Source: Octopus sinensis
Lineage: Eukaryota
DNA length: 64,000 nt
NCBI RefSeq assembly: GCF_006345805.1
Contig: NC_043001.1
Span: 112,096,001-112,160,000, forward strand
Direction: 5' to 3'
Part shown: one piece after another, positions 39,863-53,899 of the stretch
Layout: each line of letters opens with the position of its first letter
Position numbering within the stretch: the first letter of the stretch is position 1
The notes under the pieces: generated by a model
The model's database searches: none
Told to the model about the DNA's origin: nothing
Seen by the model: only the letters and a program-made list of their open reading frames with translations
Program-made: the position numbers and the translations under genes

Positions 39863-39963
39863 TCTTTTACTGATGAAGTGTGACCTATGGTAGACTAGCT
39901 TTATTTAATTTAATTAAGCTGGTCTATCATTAAAGACACCGAAACGATGCATCGTATAAAAGA
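39863..39963 (+). ncRNA. Type I hammerhead ribozyme, array copy 2
   Basis: Same motif as copy 1; predicted cut after 39956. Confidence 0.88.
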
Positions 39964-40335
39964 TGAATTAGGGTAAACGTTTTTAAATTTTCACCTTATT
40001 TCCGAATTGCCTACTTGGCGGTTGGAGTTCTGGCTGCTCTTTCTGTGTGGACGAATGGCCTGTTTAGGCCTTCCTAAATTGCTATATTTATATATATTTA
40101 GTCTTTGACTATTTTCTCTTTTCCACTAGGCCGCTGGTAGCGATAAATTTTTACTGAATTTTTTGCTACCCTAAATTGATTAATGATAATTTTCTGACTA
40201 ATTCTGAGATTGAATCGGCAGTTTATATTTGCTGCCGATAAGTTTGGCGCGAATGCGTTGGTCTTGAAAATTTTAAGACAGATATTCCCGAGGCATTGAT
40301 ACAGTCGCCTCGTGTATATCCGTCTCTCCCAGGTT

Positions 40336-40436
40336 TCTTTTACTGATGAAGTGTGACCTATGGTAGACTAGCTTTATTTAATTTAATTAAGCTGGTCTAT
40401 CATTAAAGACACCGAAACGATGCATCGTATAAAAGA
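40336..40436 (+). ncRNA. Type I hammerhead ribozyme, array copy 3
   Basis: Same motif as copy 1; predicted cut after 40429. Confidence 0.88.
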
Positions 40437-40810
40437 TGAATTAGGGTAAACGTTTTTAAATTTTCACCTTATTTCCGAATTGCACTACTTGGCGGTTGGA
40501 GTTCTGGCTGCTCTTTCTGTTGGACGAATGGCCTGTTTAGGCCATTCCTAAATTGCTATATTTATATATATTTAGTCTTTGACTATTTTCTCTTTTCCAC
40601 TAGGCCGCTGGTAGCGATAAATTTTTACTGAATTTTTTGCTACCCTAAATTGATTAATTGATAATTTTCTGACTAATTCTGAGATTGAATCGGCAGTTTA
40701 TATTTGCTGCCGATAAGTTTGGCATGAATGCGTTGGTCTTGAAAATTTTAAGACAGATATTCCCGAGGCATTGATACAGTCGCCTCGTGTATATCCGTCT
40801 CTCCCAGGTT

Positions 40811-40911
40811 TCTTTTACTGATGAAGTGTGACCTATGGTAGACTAGCTTTATTTAATTTAATTAAGCTGGTCTAACATTAAAGACACCGAAACGATGCAT
40901 CGTATAAAAGA
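40811..40911 (+). ncRNA. Type I hammerhead ribozyme, array copy 4
   Basis: Same motif with one substitution in the stem II extension (TCTAACAT); predicted cut after 40904. Confidence 0.87.
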
Positions 40912-41030
40912 TGAATTAGGGTAAACGTTTTTAAATTTTCACCTTATTTCCGAATTGCACTACTTGGCGGTTGGAGTTCTGGCTGCTCTTTCTGGTGGAC
41001 GAATGGCCTGTTTAGGCCATTCCTAAATTG

Positions 41031-41071
<41 letters not shown>

Positions 41072-41296
41072 ATACTTCCCAGGCAACTATATACGTACGT
41101 ATATGCAAGCTATTTCACCGACGCACATATTTACAAAGGTGCATATCTCTCTATCTATCAATTCACACATGTACACATATAACATATACATGTGTGTATA
41201 TAGCTAGATAGCTAGATAAATAGATAGATAGACATGCAGATGGATGGATGTATATGTATTTATATATATGTATGTGTATACATATATGTATTATAT

Positions 41297-41409
<113 letters not shown>

Positions 41410-41418
41410 ATATATATA

Positions 41419-41487
<69 letters not shown>

Positions 41488-41803
41488 TATTGAGAGAGAG
41501 ATATAATTAGATAGATAAATAAAAGTCATATATTGTGTAGAGGGCCTAATTGTTAAGATGTAGGCTTCACAAATGCTATATCACATGTTCGATCCTACTT
41601 CGTGGCATATTCGGCAATTTTCTACTTCCAGAGCTTCCCTTCAACCCGCGAAGAAGTTGGTCCGGTAGAATGTCCATATTCTAAAGATACACTCTTGTAA
41701 CACTGTAACACACGGTGTACCATGCTGAGCTGTGTGCTCAACCACTCATGTATCAAATCAGGAGGTAATTCAATTGGCTAACTAAATTCATATCATCACA
41801 AAG

Positions 41804-42111
41804 TTGTGAGTGTTTATTGAGCGAAAACACCCAAAAAGCTCCACGAGGCTCCGGCAGGGGATGGTGGTGATCCCTGCTGTTCTCTTTCACCACAACTTTC
41901 TCTCATTCTTACTTCCTGCTTCTGTTGTACCTGTATTTCAAAGGGCCGGCCTTGTCACTCTCTGTGTCACGCTGAATATCCCCGAGAACTACGTTAAGGG
42001 TACACGTGTCTGTGGAGTGCTCAGCCACTTACACGTTAATTTCACGAGCAGGCTGTTCCGTTGATTCGGATCAACCGGAACCCTCGTCGTCGTAACCGAC
42101 GGAGTGCTTCC
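41804..42111 (+). mobile_element. SINE family A, 5'-truncated
   Basis: Homology to family A. Confidence 0.9.
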
Positions 42112-43249
42112 AATTCCAATTAGCACATAGGTGCAAAATACGGTCGAAAAATTAGCACTTGGATACCAAAGATGTAGAGAAAAATACTATTTTATTATAA
42201 AGTAGAAAAAACTTACACATGACCGTTCGTCATACAGTTACGATATGTCCAGTGCTGTTGTAAGTCATCTCTTCCTCTATTTCGATTTCCCGCTGTAAAT
42301 GAGTAAGCCTGCGAAGGCCTGCATCCCATTCAAGTGACATCTTTTGCTCCTCTTTTCATATATAGGCCAAGGAACTGGGTTACCGATCCTTTGAGTCCTG
42401 TGACTGTAAACAGTATTTACTATCAGTAATCTCTCCGTGGTTATGGAAGCGCGTAGCTTAGTGGTTAAGGTGTTGGACTAATGATCGTAAGAGTGTGGTT
42501 TCGATTCCTGAACCGAGTAACGAATCGCGTTTTTGAGCAAAACACTTCCTTTCATGTTGCTCGGCATGACTCGAGGAGGTAACTTTACTTTTTCTGTGGT
42601 GAAAATACAATAATGTTTCAAAGATGAAAATTTAAGAATATGAGAATCTCGTCAAATCTATTCTCCTTTCATCTAACTACAGAATGAAACAAAGCCTGTA
42701 GTGTAATAGTCTTGCTGACTTTTCGCAGCAGATGCTACGGTTGTATGTTTTTAAATGGTAGCGAACAGGTGCAATACACACACACAAATAATTAGAGGCA
42801 AACATACCAATATTCACATGAACGAGACAAATTGTTGAAATGATAGTAAATAGCGGTGATCCCAATCGATAGATCGATAAAACGTAATTTAGAAGAGAAA
42901 CAAGATAATGCCATGTGTAGAAGCGAACCAGATAACTCCAGATTGAAGAATTGATGGAATTCTTACAAAGTTTTGGAAGAAGTGGGGAGAGTAAAGGAGT
43001 GGGGAGAACAGGAGGAATTATTGTGAGCCTCCATATTGCAGTGCGCTTTTTATTTATCGATATCGATCAGTGGTAGTTATGGGAGCTATTCAATCATATC
43101 TTCATGTTAATGTGTAAGTGTGTCCGCTTGTATAAGCTACTTTGTGTGCAAGTGTGTGTGTTCGTTTGCGTGTAGTTTTTCGGTGCGCGAGTGTAAGTGT
43201 GCGGATGCAAACACACACACACACACACACACACGTGTGTGTCTATGTC

Positions 43250-43303
<54 letters not shown>

Positions 43304-43348
43304 AATCTATCTATCTATATATGTATATATGTATATATATACATACAT

Positions 43349-43411
<63 letters not shown>

Positions 43412-43736
43412 CGCACATAGAGACAGATGTGTACATATACATACATATAAGTAAGAAGCTGAGTACGCTGTGAGTATACGTGTGTGAGGGTGGGTTAGGC
43501 GTTGGTTGACAGAAATAATCCGATGAGCAACAAAAATTGTTGAGAATTCCTGAGAATTCTTGAGTCATCATTTATTCTCATATTTCCAATGTTGACGGAC
43601 CGGATTCACGTACAAAGTCAAATGTATACACAAAGACATAATCACACATAATCGCAAAAAAGTACATAATCACATATGTGCACGCACAAACTCGCATTTT
43701 ATACGCTTGTGTGTGTATATATATTTATATATATAT

Positions 43737-43770
<34 letters not shown>

Positions 43771-44577
43771 ATATATATAATATATATATATATATAAATG
43801 TGCATCTGTGTGTGTATATAATATATATATATACACACATACATACATAGATACATACATACATACATACATAACATACATACATACATACATACATACA
43901 TACATACATACATGCATGTACACATAGAGAGATTGCTACATAGATAGGGATTGGTGGGGTAAAATCAGTAATGAGTAAGATTAAATGTACTTTTGACTTT
44001 GAGACCAAATCTATTTTTTAGAAATGCTCTGCGTTTCAAAACCTGTATCAGCTAAGCAAACGACCTTCTCTATGTGCATTAAAAACACGCTAACATAATC
44101 TGAACACTGTTTCAGAAAGCTATTTTTTTGAGCATATAAGACAAATTTAGTTGGGGCAAAATCGGTAAGACAAGATAAGGTAAACTTGTGTCTTCAATTC
44201 TCCAGAATTACGCTTGAAAAATGAAAAATACACATCAGTATCCATCCTTCGACATCAGAAAGATCAGAAATGCAACAAAAATTTTAAATATGTTGATAAA
44301 ATTGAACGAAGGACATGGAAGGATTACATGAGAGGAAATTAACGAAACTCGGCTAAATCTGAAAACTCAACAGTAGATTATTCTCTTTAGCTTCTTCATG
44401 ATTTGCTAAGTGGCTCCTTCATGATATATTTGCTCACCATGCAATTAAAGAGAAATTATTGAAAGTAGTCATTGCTCATTTTGCACTAGTTTAGACAGCA
44501 TTTTTTCTTTTAAATTGAAAATGATCAAATTAGACATTAGTGTGGGAAAAATTGACTTAGAATCCAACAGAATATTC

Positions 44578-44950
44578 TTTTCTACTCTAGGCACATGGCT
44601 CGAAATTCTTGGGGAGGAGACCAGTCGAACAGATCCCCCTCCCCCCCAGTACGCAACTGGTACTTAATTTATCGGCCCCGAAAGGCAAAGTCGATCTCGG
44701 TGTGAATTTGAACGCAGAACGTAGCGCCAGACGAAATACCTATTTCTTTACTACCCACAAGGGGACAAACAAGGACACACAAACGGATTAAATCGATTAC
44801 ATCGACCCCAGTGCGTAACTGGTACTTAATTTATCTACCCCGAAAGGATGAAAGGCAAAGTCGACCTCGGTGGAATTTGAACTCAGAACGTAGCGGCAGA
44901 CGAAATACCGCTCAGCATTTTGCCCGGTGTGCTAACGTCTCTGCCAGCTC
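44578..44950 (-). mobile_element. SINE family C with duplicated body
   Basis: Two bodies behind one head. Confidence 0.82.
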
Positions 44951-45263
44951 AGAGAAAAGAATATTGATTGTTAAACACTAAATATTATCTAGATATTTTA
45001 TTAGTAACCTAAATTACAATCGGGTCAAATTTGAAGAAAAATTTCCTGAAAGAAAAAGTATCTGTCATCTGAGTATGTTTCAAATTCTCTCAACTTCAAC
45101 AACAACTATGCCGACTGATTTCTAATCTCAAAGATGATGGAACATCCAAAGATGATGAAACATCAACAAAATAGTGATCTAATAATATTGGCAATGTAAA
45201 GCTTTCAAACAGGTAGGGAGAAAATAACGAGAAAACGTAAATTACACATTTTATCCCAGTTGC

Positions 45264-45713
45264 CCAGCGTAATGAGGGATTTGTCCCCAAGCACTATTCG
45301 GCAGCGAACCGGCGAATAAACAAATGACATACGTTAAGTATGTGTGGTCGATAATGTTTAAAACATTATCGTTGCATTTAATTCGTAATTGAATTTAATT
45401 TTACGCATCCAACGCCGTGACATACAAACAAATGGTTTTTACATCATTTATATATAGTCATAGACTGACAATTCGATTCGTCCCTGGTTCGATTCATGTA
45501 CGGGATGTTGATAAGCCACAAGAATGACGAAATATCGGTGTACCTCACTCTTGAATTCTATCAGAGCCGAATTGCCTCACTTGTCTACGACTTCTAAGTA
45601 TTCAAACTCCAGCGTAATGAGGGAGTTGTCTCTCAGGCGCTATGCAACAGCGAGCCAGCGAATGAACAAAGCTCATATATTGAGTATGTGCGGTCTATAA
45701 TGTTTACAACATT
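45264..45713 (+). repeat. Diverged ~105-bp direct repeat (45264-45368 and 45609-45713)
   Basis: Both copies run CCAGCGTAATGAGGGA...ATAATGTTTA.AACATTA. Confidence 0.8.
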
Positions 45714-46390
45714 AGTGACCTTCGTCCATCTTTCTTTTCCTCATCTGAACATCTTTCTTTTCTTGCACATACGTCCTAAGGACTGGACGACTTCTATTTC
45801 TCTCTTCTATCTTTTCTCTTTTCAAAGAAAACATTTCTTCCAGCGTTCACTACCTTTTCCCTCGTCCTGGTCTAACGACCCTCCATGTTTGATTTTGTTC
45901 GGTTTCTTTGTATGTCTCCACTGTCCTGTTTTTGTTCCCAACTTTAACCCTCCATAAAATCCAAAATTTATTTTGGTGCTATGGGAGCAACTGTCTTGGG
46001 CCCATAGACTTCGAAGACTCATATTGTCGTTAAATGCTCGAAATGAGGAGTAGAAAGACAGCCGACAACTGATGAAGGGTCGTTCTTTGTCTTACTTTTC
46101 GTGTTTTCAATTACTTTTTTCTCTCGTTGTTTGCGTATTTAACTCGCTTGTTTTCGTATTTCATCTTGTTTACAGTTGGTGACGTCCTGTTCTCATATAT
46201 GCATATATATATATAATTTATATAATTTATATTATTATCTAATTGAACGTCATGCATCCATTTTCATATATATATTTCCATATTATATATATATATACAC
46301 ATATAGTTACGTATATATATATACATACATACATAAATACATACATACATACATACATACAGATATACATATATATGTATATATACATAT

Positions 46391-46428
<38 letters not shown>

Positions 46429-46466
46429 ATATATTATATAATATATTATATATATACTTATATATA

Positions 46467-46504
<38 letters not shown>

Positions 46505-46505
<1 letters not shown>

Positions 46506-46781
46506 TTAAGTTGCTTGGATTAGTGGTTAGAGTATTCGGATCACGATCGAAAGCTCGTGAGTTCAATTCCGGTGACGCGTTGTATCCTTGAGCAAGACAT
46601 TTTATTTCACATTGCTTGCTCCAGTCCACTTAGCTGGAAAAATGAGCAATACCTGCATTTTAAGGGGCCAACTTTGTCACACTCTATATCACGCTGAATT
46701 TCCTTGAGGACTATGTTAATGATATTTCACGAGGCGGCTGTTCGGATCAACTGGAACCTTCGTCGTCGTAACAGACGGAGG
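46505..46781 (+). mobile_element. Diverged SINE with a family-A-type 3' tail and a different head
   Basis: tRNA-like head, then CCTTGAGCAAGAC, then the family A tail. Confidence 0.7.
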
Positions 46782-46807
46782 GCTAGAGATATATACACAC
46801 ATAGAAA

Positions 46808-46838
<31 letters not shown>

Positions 46839-47541
46839 GAGAAAGAGAGAGAGAGAAATTAAGTGAATGAGTGATACATTTATGGATAGACAGGCAGAGA
46901 GGTAGACATACAGTTGCATCTATTTGGGAGGTGCGACTCCATTGTTTTTAAACACATAATTCTATAGCAAGAAATCTTTCCATCTCCCACCCCACGAGAG
47001 TGGTGGGAAGGAGGTGGGATGGAATTTATCCCAAAACTATAGACATGGCCTGAAAACTTGCAACAGACTGAACTCCGCTAAATATATGAGAGGTCCAGAT
47101 CATGGTATTCAATTTTGAGATTCTTATATTCTACTACCCAAGAAGAGAAGATGTAAAAGTCCGAAAGAATTCTGGAAGTCATCTTGACCACCGATGTCCT
47201 AACATTTCTACGAATCTTCTGCCTAGGGCTGGTACTTTATTTTATCGATCCTTCCCCACCGAAAGGAAGAAGGACAGGTTTGACCTTCGCGGGGCCTGAA
47301 CTCTCAGTGCAGGTTGTCAGAACAATTAACAAATACGGCAAGATATGTTTCTACCACACTCCCGTTCACTTCTCCCTCTGTCAATGTCATACATTAACTC
47401 AGTTCTCTGATTGCGACATAATAAATTATCTGATAAACAATTATCTACTGTATAAGTGTACGCATGTAAACATACATGCGCTCACTCGTAAAACACAAAC
47501 ATACAAGCTGCGTGTATGTGTATATATATATATATATATGC

Positions 47542-47608
<67 letters not shown>

Positions 47609-48505
47609 GTATTTCTAATCCTTCTTTTGTAAGATATATTATACTATAACTGTATATGGCCGCTAACAACACTAAATTGTAAATATATATATTTCAACGT
47701 AACGCGTAAGTGCGCATGTGTGGTTTCTTGCTTTGTGTATATGTGTGTGTATATGTTAGCGTGTGTGTGTGTGTGCGTGTCTGTGTGTGTATGGGCGTTT
47801 CTGTATATTTGTATTCTGTATATTTGCATGTGATTATCCCGTGATCACTTAGCCTTCTTTAGATCAAAGAAACTGATAACGTTGCGTAATGCAATTTATA
47901 AACAGAAAGAATAAAGCCATTACATCATATAACAACAAACCTTACAATGTTCTGGCTTTACTTTTTGTGCAATCAGTTAATCTTATATTACACACTTGAG
48001 ATATGATACACATCTGTTAAAGCATGTTCAAGTAGTTGTTGTTTAACCACAGGTCGGTCTCGATCGAGTGCATCTATGATCAAACGTGCTATGGCTGTGA
48101 TAAAAAGATTTTCGTCCTACAAGCATTCGTCTAGATTATCCAACTGTCCCACTCTTTGACAGTAATGTGTAATTTGAAAGAGATCAGGTTGCTGTTTCTA
48201 GCATATCGAGCTAGGCTCATTGGTGTGACATTCCCTTGTAGGTATGGTAGTAAAATAGAGAAGGTGGGATTCAATTTTAATACGATAATCCCACAGATTT
48301 TCTGTTATATGCAATAAAAGTAGATTCCAAAATATGTGGCTGTGTATCAAAGAAGAATATCTCTATTGTGTTTGGTAAAAGGTGTTCAGCATGTTTTCCA
48401 AGAGAAAATTATAGCCGCCGCCGGCCATTGCCTTGCTCGCAATAATAAGAACAAAACACACCTCCGACTACGGCAGAGTTCCTTCGTGGTTACTTGATTT
48501 GCTGT

Positions 48506-48885
48506 GGAGGCGCAATGGCCCGGTGGTTAGGGCAGCGGACTCGCGGTCGTAGGATCGCGGTTTCGATTCCCAGACCGGGCGTTGTGAGTGCTAATTGAGC
48601 GAAAACACCTAAAGCTCCACGGGGCTCCGGCAGGGATGGTGGTGATCCCTGCTGTACTCTTTCACCACAACTTTCTCTCACTCTTACTTCCTGTTTCTGT
48701 TGTACCTGTATTTCAAAGGGCCGGCCTTGTCACTCTCTGTGTCACGCTGAATATCCCCGAGAACTACGTTATGGGTACACGTGTCTGTGGAGTGCTCAGC
48801 CACTTACACGTTAATTTCAGGAGCAGGCTGTTCCGTTGATCGGATCAACCGGAACCCTCGTCGTTGTAACCGACGGAGTGCTTCC
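48506..48885 (+). mobile_element. SINE family A, full length
   Basis: A and B boxes; TSD ACTTGATTTGCT (48492, 48890). Confidence 0.93.
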
Positions 48886-49299
48886 ACACACTTGATTTGC
48901 TAGAAACAGCAGCCTAATTTCTCTGAAACCGCACCTCACTGTTTCAGATTGTTAGAATCAGATACAGTATATCTCATTAACAGATTCATATTTGTTGAAC
49001 CACGGAGGAGATTTGACATCCGTTTTACTGGGAATAGCAGCCAATTCTCAATGAAATCATATGCTTTTGTGTTATATACAGAATGACTTATTAAATGACA
49101 AGATGATCAGGGATATAGTGCCTTTAATTATGGGTCTACTCGATCAAAGTTTATTCGAGGTTAAACAACGCGAAAATTCAATTGTTCGAAGAAAATATTC
49201 ACGAATTAATAGACAAAATCTCTGTTGATTATTAGTAAATATGTTAGGCAACTCAACTATTATTATTACTCAGACAAGTGTAGGCTTTACTGGTAACTG

Positions 49300-49625
49300 A
49301 AGGCGAATGGCTCAGTGGTTAGAGCGTCGGGTTCGCAATCATGATGCCAGTGAGTTCGATTTCCGGATCGGGCTGTTCTTCAGTAACACACTTTATTTCA
49401 CCTTGTTCCAGTTCACTCAACTGGCAAAAATGAGCTGCGACGTCACTGGTTCCAAGCTGTATCGGCCTTTGACTTTCCTTTGGATAACATTAGTGCCGTG
49501 GAGAGAAGAAGCTGCTATGCTTGGGCGACTGATGGTCTTCTATAAAACAACTTTGCCTGACGTGTGCCACGGAGGGTAACTTTCAAGGTGCAATCCTAAG
49601 GTCATTCATGAGCGAAAGGGGTCAA
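49300..49625 (+). mobile_element. tRNA-derived SINE family D
   Basis: TGGCTCAGTGG / GAGTTCGATTTCC boxes; homologous to 61650-61945. Confidence 0.7.
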
Positions 49626-50061
49626 GAAGAAGAACTGGCCACTGGTATCGAGCTGAATACCAGGCCATATCGGGTATTGTATCTTGAAGACTTCCTGACC
49701 TTAATAGAGGACAAAGACCTCAAAACAACACTGGCAGAAACAAACACAACATGAAATTGTGTATGTGGGCCAAATTTTGCTCAGTATTGTGCGCATCTCT
49801 GTTGCTGCTACTTGAAGAAGAATTGTTCCAGCTCTGGATCTCTTATTTCGATGTTTCAAATGATATCAGAAATATATGACATAACCAGCGGTAGAATTAT
49901 GGCAAGAAATACTACCTTGTTTCTGGGACACTAATAAAATCAAATGAAAGCATTGATACATTAAACACTGGTGTTTGCAATCACTGCCTAAAAACTTTCC
50001 GCACAAACACATAATCCACGTTCAGCGTAGAGACCTCAGACCAAATTTGTACTAAATATGC

Positions 50062-50616
50062 GTAAGAAGCTTGCTTTCCAACCACATGGTTCTGGGTTCA
50101 TTCCCACTGCGTAGAACCCTGGGCAAGTGTCTTCGACTATAGCTTCAGCACGACCAAAGCCTTGTGAGTGGATTTGGTTGATGGAAATTGAAAAAAATAT
50201 AAACGTCGTATAAAGGCGCAGGAGTGGCTGTGTGGTAAGTAGCTTGCTTACCAACCACATGGTTCCGGGTTCATTTCCACTGCATGACACTTTGGGCAAG
50301 TGTCTTCTACTATAGACTCGGGCCGACTAAAGCCTTGTGAGTGGATTTGGTAGACGGAAACTGAAAGAAGCCCGTCATATATATGTATGTATGTGTGTGT
50401 GTGTTTATGTGTTTGTGTTTGTCCCCCCAACATCGCTTGACAACCGATGCTGGTGTGTCTATGTCTCCGTAATTTAGCGGTTCGGCAACAAACACCGATA
50501 GAATAAGTACTAGGCTTACAAAGAATAAGTCCTGGGGTCGACTTGCTCGAATAAAGGCGGTGTTCCAGCATAGCCACGGTCAAATGAGTGAAACAAGTAA
50601 AATAGTAAACGAGTAA
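50062..50616 (+). mobile_element. SINE family B: partial copy followed by a full copy
   Basis: 5' half at 50062-50210, then a full copy at 50214-50616. Confidence 0.88.
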
Positions 50617-50651
50617 ATATAATATATATATATATATATATATACATACAC

Positions 50652-50722
<71 letters not shown>

Positions 50723-51996
50723 TGTGTGTGTATGATAACATACATGCACGCAAAAGTATGTATGATATTAGTTTTGCCTGAATGGATTGGTGCTGTACCA
50801 ATGGTTCTTTCGGAATCTCCGGGACCATTTTGGTCCATGATTCCTTCGATAGCTGCAGGTTGACGTCTACAGGAAATATCAGTTTCCCCAAAATCGTGAA
50901 TTCCAGATTATCAATATCCCGAGAAGAAAGGAATTGCTGTAGTGATTAATGCAGGCCTTGATATGGTGCACATATTTCATCGACCACTTTCGCCGAACCG
51001 CTAAGTGTACGGGGACTTAAACATACCGACATCGGTTGTCAAGCGTTGTTGGATGCGTCAAAAACACACACGCACATGTGTGTGTATGTATGTATGTATG
51101 TATCTATCTATCTATAGACAGATAGATATATAGATAAATAGATTGATAGATGTTTATATATACGTACATACGTGTACACATGCAAGTGTTCATTTAATAC
51201 ATATACATAGACATATACATATAACCGTACATACATACAATACATACATACATACATACATATATACGTGTGTGTGTATACGCATGTATACATTTATATG
51301 CATCAAATATATATTTATAAGATTATATCTGCATATTCATATACAAGCATCATCTTATCACCTAGGGAAATATTCATTCATATAAACTCACACACATACA
51401 TACCTACCTTTTCATGTATACATACATACATACATACATACATACATACATACATACATACATACATACATACATACGTAATCTATTCTGTTCCTCTTCC
51501 TTCCCTCCCGCAAAAACACGCAGATATACAGTCGCCTGGTGACGTATATGTTAGTAATTGATAATAAAGTAGACGGTGGAATGTTGTAGCGATTGAAATT
51601 GTAGAAATGTGGTTTGTATCAATACATTTAGACTGTACAGTAATTCTGGTGATCCGTTGTCTCAATTCCTGACTCATATCTGTGATTAAAAATAATAATA
51701 GAAAGAGCCTTCAGGCAGACGAGTCCCTGTAGAAGCAAAGGGAGTTAATCATGTCATATTTCTTTTGTACTTTTTAAAAATATTTTTTTTTTTTTACTTT
51801 GATTTAGATAATATGGTATTAATAAGTAAGAATGGTATGATGAAAAATAAGGAACAGTTTTCTTATATTAGTGATGTGAAACAAAAGACGAGTCGAAACT
51901 GAATGTATGTATGTATGTATTTAGGTCTGTACGTGTGTGTATGTGTTTGTAAATATATAAATCTCTTTATGTATACATACATAAATACATACATAC

Positions 51997-52058
<62 letters not shown>

Positions 52059-52061
<3 letters not shown>

Positions 52062-52319
52062 GTGACCGACCAGACCATTAGATGTTGTTACACACCGCTG
52101 GTCACAATGCGTTCGCATTGTTTTAGCCTTCGAGCAGGCCAACAGAAGAAAGAGTGGGAGAAAGAGAGGTGAAAGAGTACAGCAGGGATCACCACCCCTT
52201 GCCGGAGCCTCGTGGAGCTTTTAGGTGTTTTCACTCAATAAACACACACAACGCCCGGTCTGGGAATCGAAACCGCGATCCTGCGACCGCGAGTCCGCTG
52301 CCCTAACCACTAGGCCTCC
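52059..52319 (-). mobile_element. SINE family A head with an alternative 3' tail
   Basis: Family A 5' half at 52150-52319 joined to unrelated sequence at 52059-52149. Confidence 0.8.
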
Positions 52320-52320
52320 A

Positions 52321-52372
<52 letters not shown>

Positions 52373-52514
52373 ATTTTGGTCAGCGTAGCAAACTATTGTA
52401 GCGTTTCTCACTAACGCGTGTCGTGAATTCATTTTTTAATCTCTCATGTCTTATACATACACACAAGCATGCACGCACACACACACACACACACATACAC
52501 ACACACACACAACA

Positions 52515-52562
<48 letters not shown>

Positions 52563-52790
52563 GGTAAAGTTATCTTCTCGAGTCATACCAGTTCATAGGG
52601 GCCGGTTTCCCGGTTTCAGTGGCGTATAAATTCTGAACCCGGACAGGACGCCGGTCCGTCGCAGGATTGCTCAGTTTTGTCAGCTGAGTGGACTGGAGCA
52701 ATGTGAAAATGAAATGTTTTGCTCAAGAACACAACGCCTCGCCCGGTCCAGGAATCGAAACTCCAATCTTAACCTATAATCTACGCGCCA
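52563..52790 (-). mobile_element. tRNA-derived SINE with a different tail
   Basis: Minus strand GTTTCGATTCCTGGACCGGGCG...TTGAGCAAAACATTTCATTT...CTCCAGTCCACTCAGCTG. Confidence 0.7.
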
Positions 52791-52815
52791 CCTGTTATAT
52801 GCATATAAGCCCGTC

Positions 52816-52851
<36 letters not shown>

Positions 52852-53046
52852 TTAATAAGGGTGAGAAAATTAGATACTAATTTAATAGTATCCATTCAAC
52901 ACCAAGTGGCCTAGTGCTCCGAGAAACCTGGATTATATATAATATTTTATAATATATTATAATATTTTATAATATTATAATATTATAATATTTTATAATA
53001 TTATAATTATAATATTATTTATTTATATTTATATTTATATTTATTT

Positions 53047-53093
<47 letters not shown>

Positions 53094-53119
53094 TATATAT
53101 GTGTGTGGTGTATATATAT

Positions 53120-53312
53120 ATGTGTGTGTATGAGTTCGTTTCGCCACCATCGCTTGACAACCGATGACAACCGATGATGGTGTGTTTACGCCCCCGTAAC
53201 CTAGCGGTTCGACCCATAGACTAAGTACTAGGCTTACAAGAATAAATCCCGGAGTCGATTTCTCCGGCGGTGCTCCAGCATGGCCGCACTCAGATGACTG
53301 AAAAAAATAAAA
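53120..53312 (+). mobile_element. SINE family B, 3' half
   Basis: Homology to family B. Confidence 0.8.
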
Positions 53313-53340
53313 GAATCATAGAATAAAAAATATGTATATA

Positions 53341-53375
<35 letters not shown>

Positions 53376-53535
53376 GGGTGTGTGTGATTGTGTATAGAAG
53401 AAATATAATAAAAGGAATTCCAACCTTGTCTGATTTCACGTTTTATTTACAATCTTATAATGATATATTATAAGATAATATATTATAATAGAATAAAATA
53501 AAATAAATAGTAGAATGTTAAATGTTCATTCTGAT

Positions 53536-53580
53536 TGAACTAGTACTTTCATGCATTAAATTCTGCAATCTTCGGGTTCA
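53536..53580 (-). ncRNA. Minimal hammerhead motif beside a Penelope fragment
   Basis: Minus strand TGAAC-CCGAAGA-T-TGCA...TGCA-T-GAAA-GTAC-TA-GTTCA; palindromic GTAC loop. Confidence 0.6.
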
Positions 53581-53899
53581 TGTAGTAGTGGTGACAGTCA
53601 TGCTTCACAATTTTTGACTGTAGCAAGATGATTGATTCAGTGCTATAAATACAGCTGGGTAGGCTCCAGAGTGCTAGGTTTTGCAAACTGTATTCTGACC
53701 AATCAGTGTGTAGTATCACTCAATTACTTAAGCTGATTGGTTGGTTGAGCTGATTGGTTTAGGCGTCACGCTTTGTTGGACATGTCAAGAGTCCTGTATC
53801 TTGACCCTGGCCGAAAAAGCAATTGTTGGGTTATTTTTAGAAATGTTGTAAATAGCTCAGAGATTTTTATGTTTTTATATTTCAATTGTCATCATCATC

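Larger units (their letters stand above)
39292..41035 (+). repeat. Tandem array of ~3.7 copies of a 472-475 bp hammerhead-containing unit (retrozyme-like satellite)
   Basis: The anchor GATAAGTTTGGC recurs at 39292, 39765, 40237 and 40712. Copies are nearly identical, each carries an HHR, and the array is flanked by (TA)n. Confidence 0.95.

Noticed and set aside
39292-41035. CRISPR array, rDNA or 5S interpretation of the tandem array
   Set aside because: No repeat-spacer structure and no rRNA or snRNA similarity recognised; the units are full-length near-identical copies.
46030-46090. GAAA...CTGATGAAGGG, possible type II hammerhead
   Set aside because: Stems I and III could not be built credibly.
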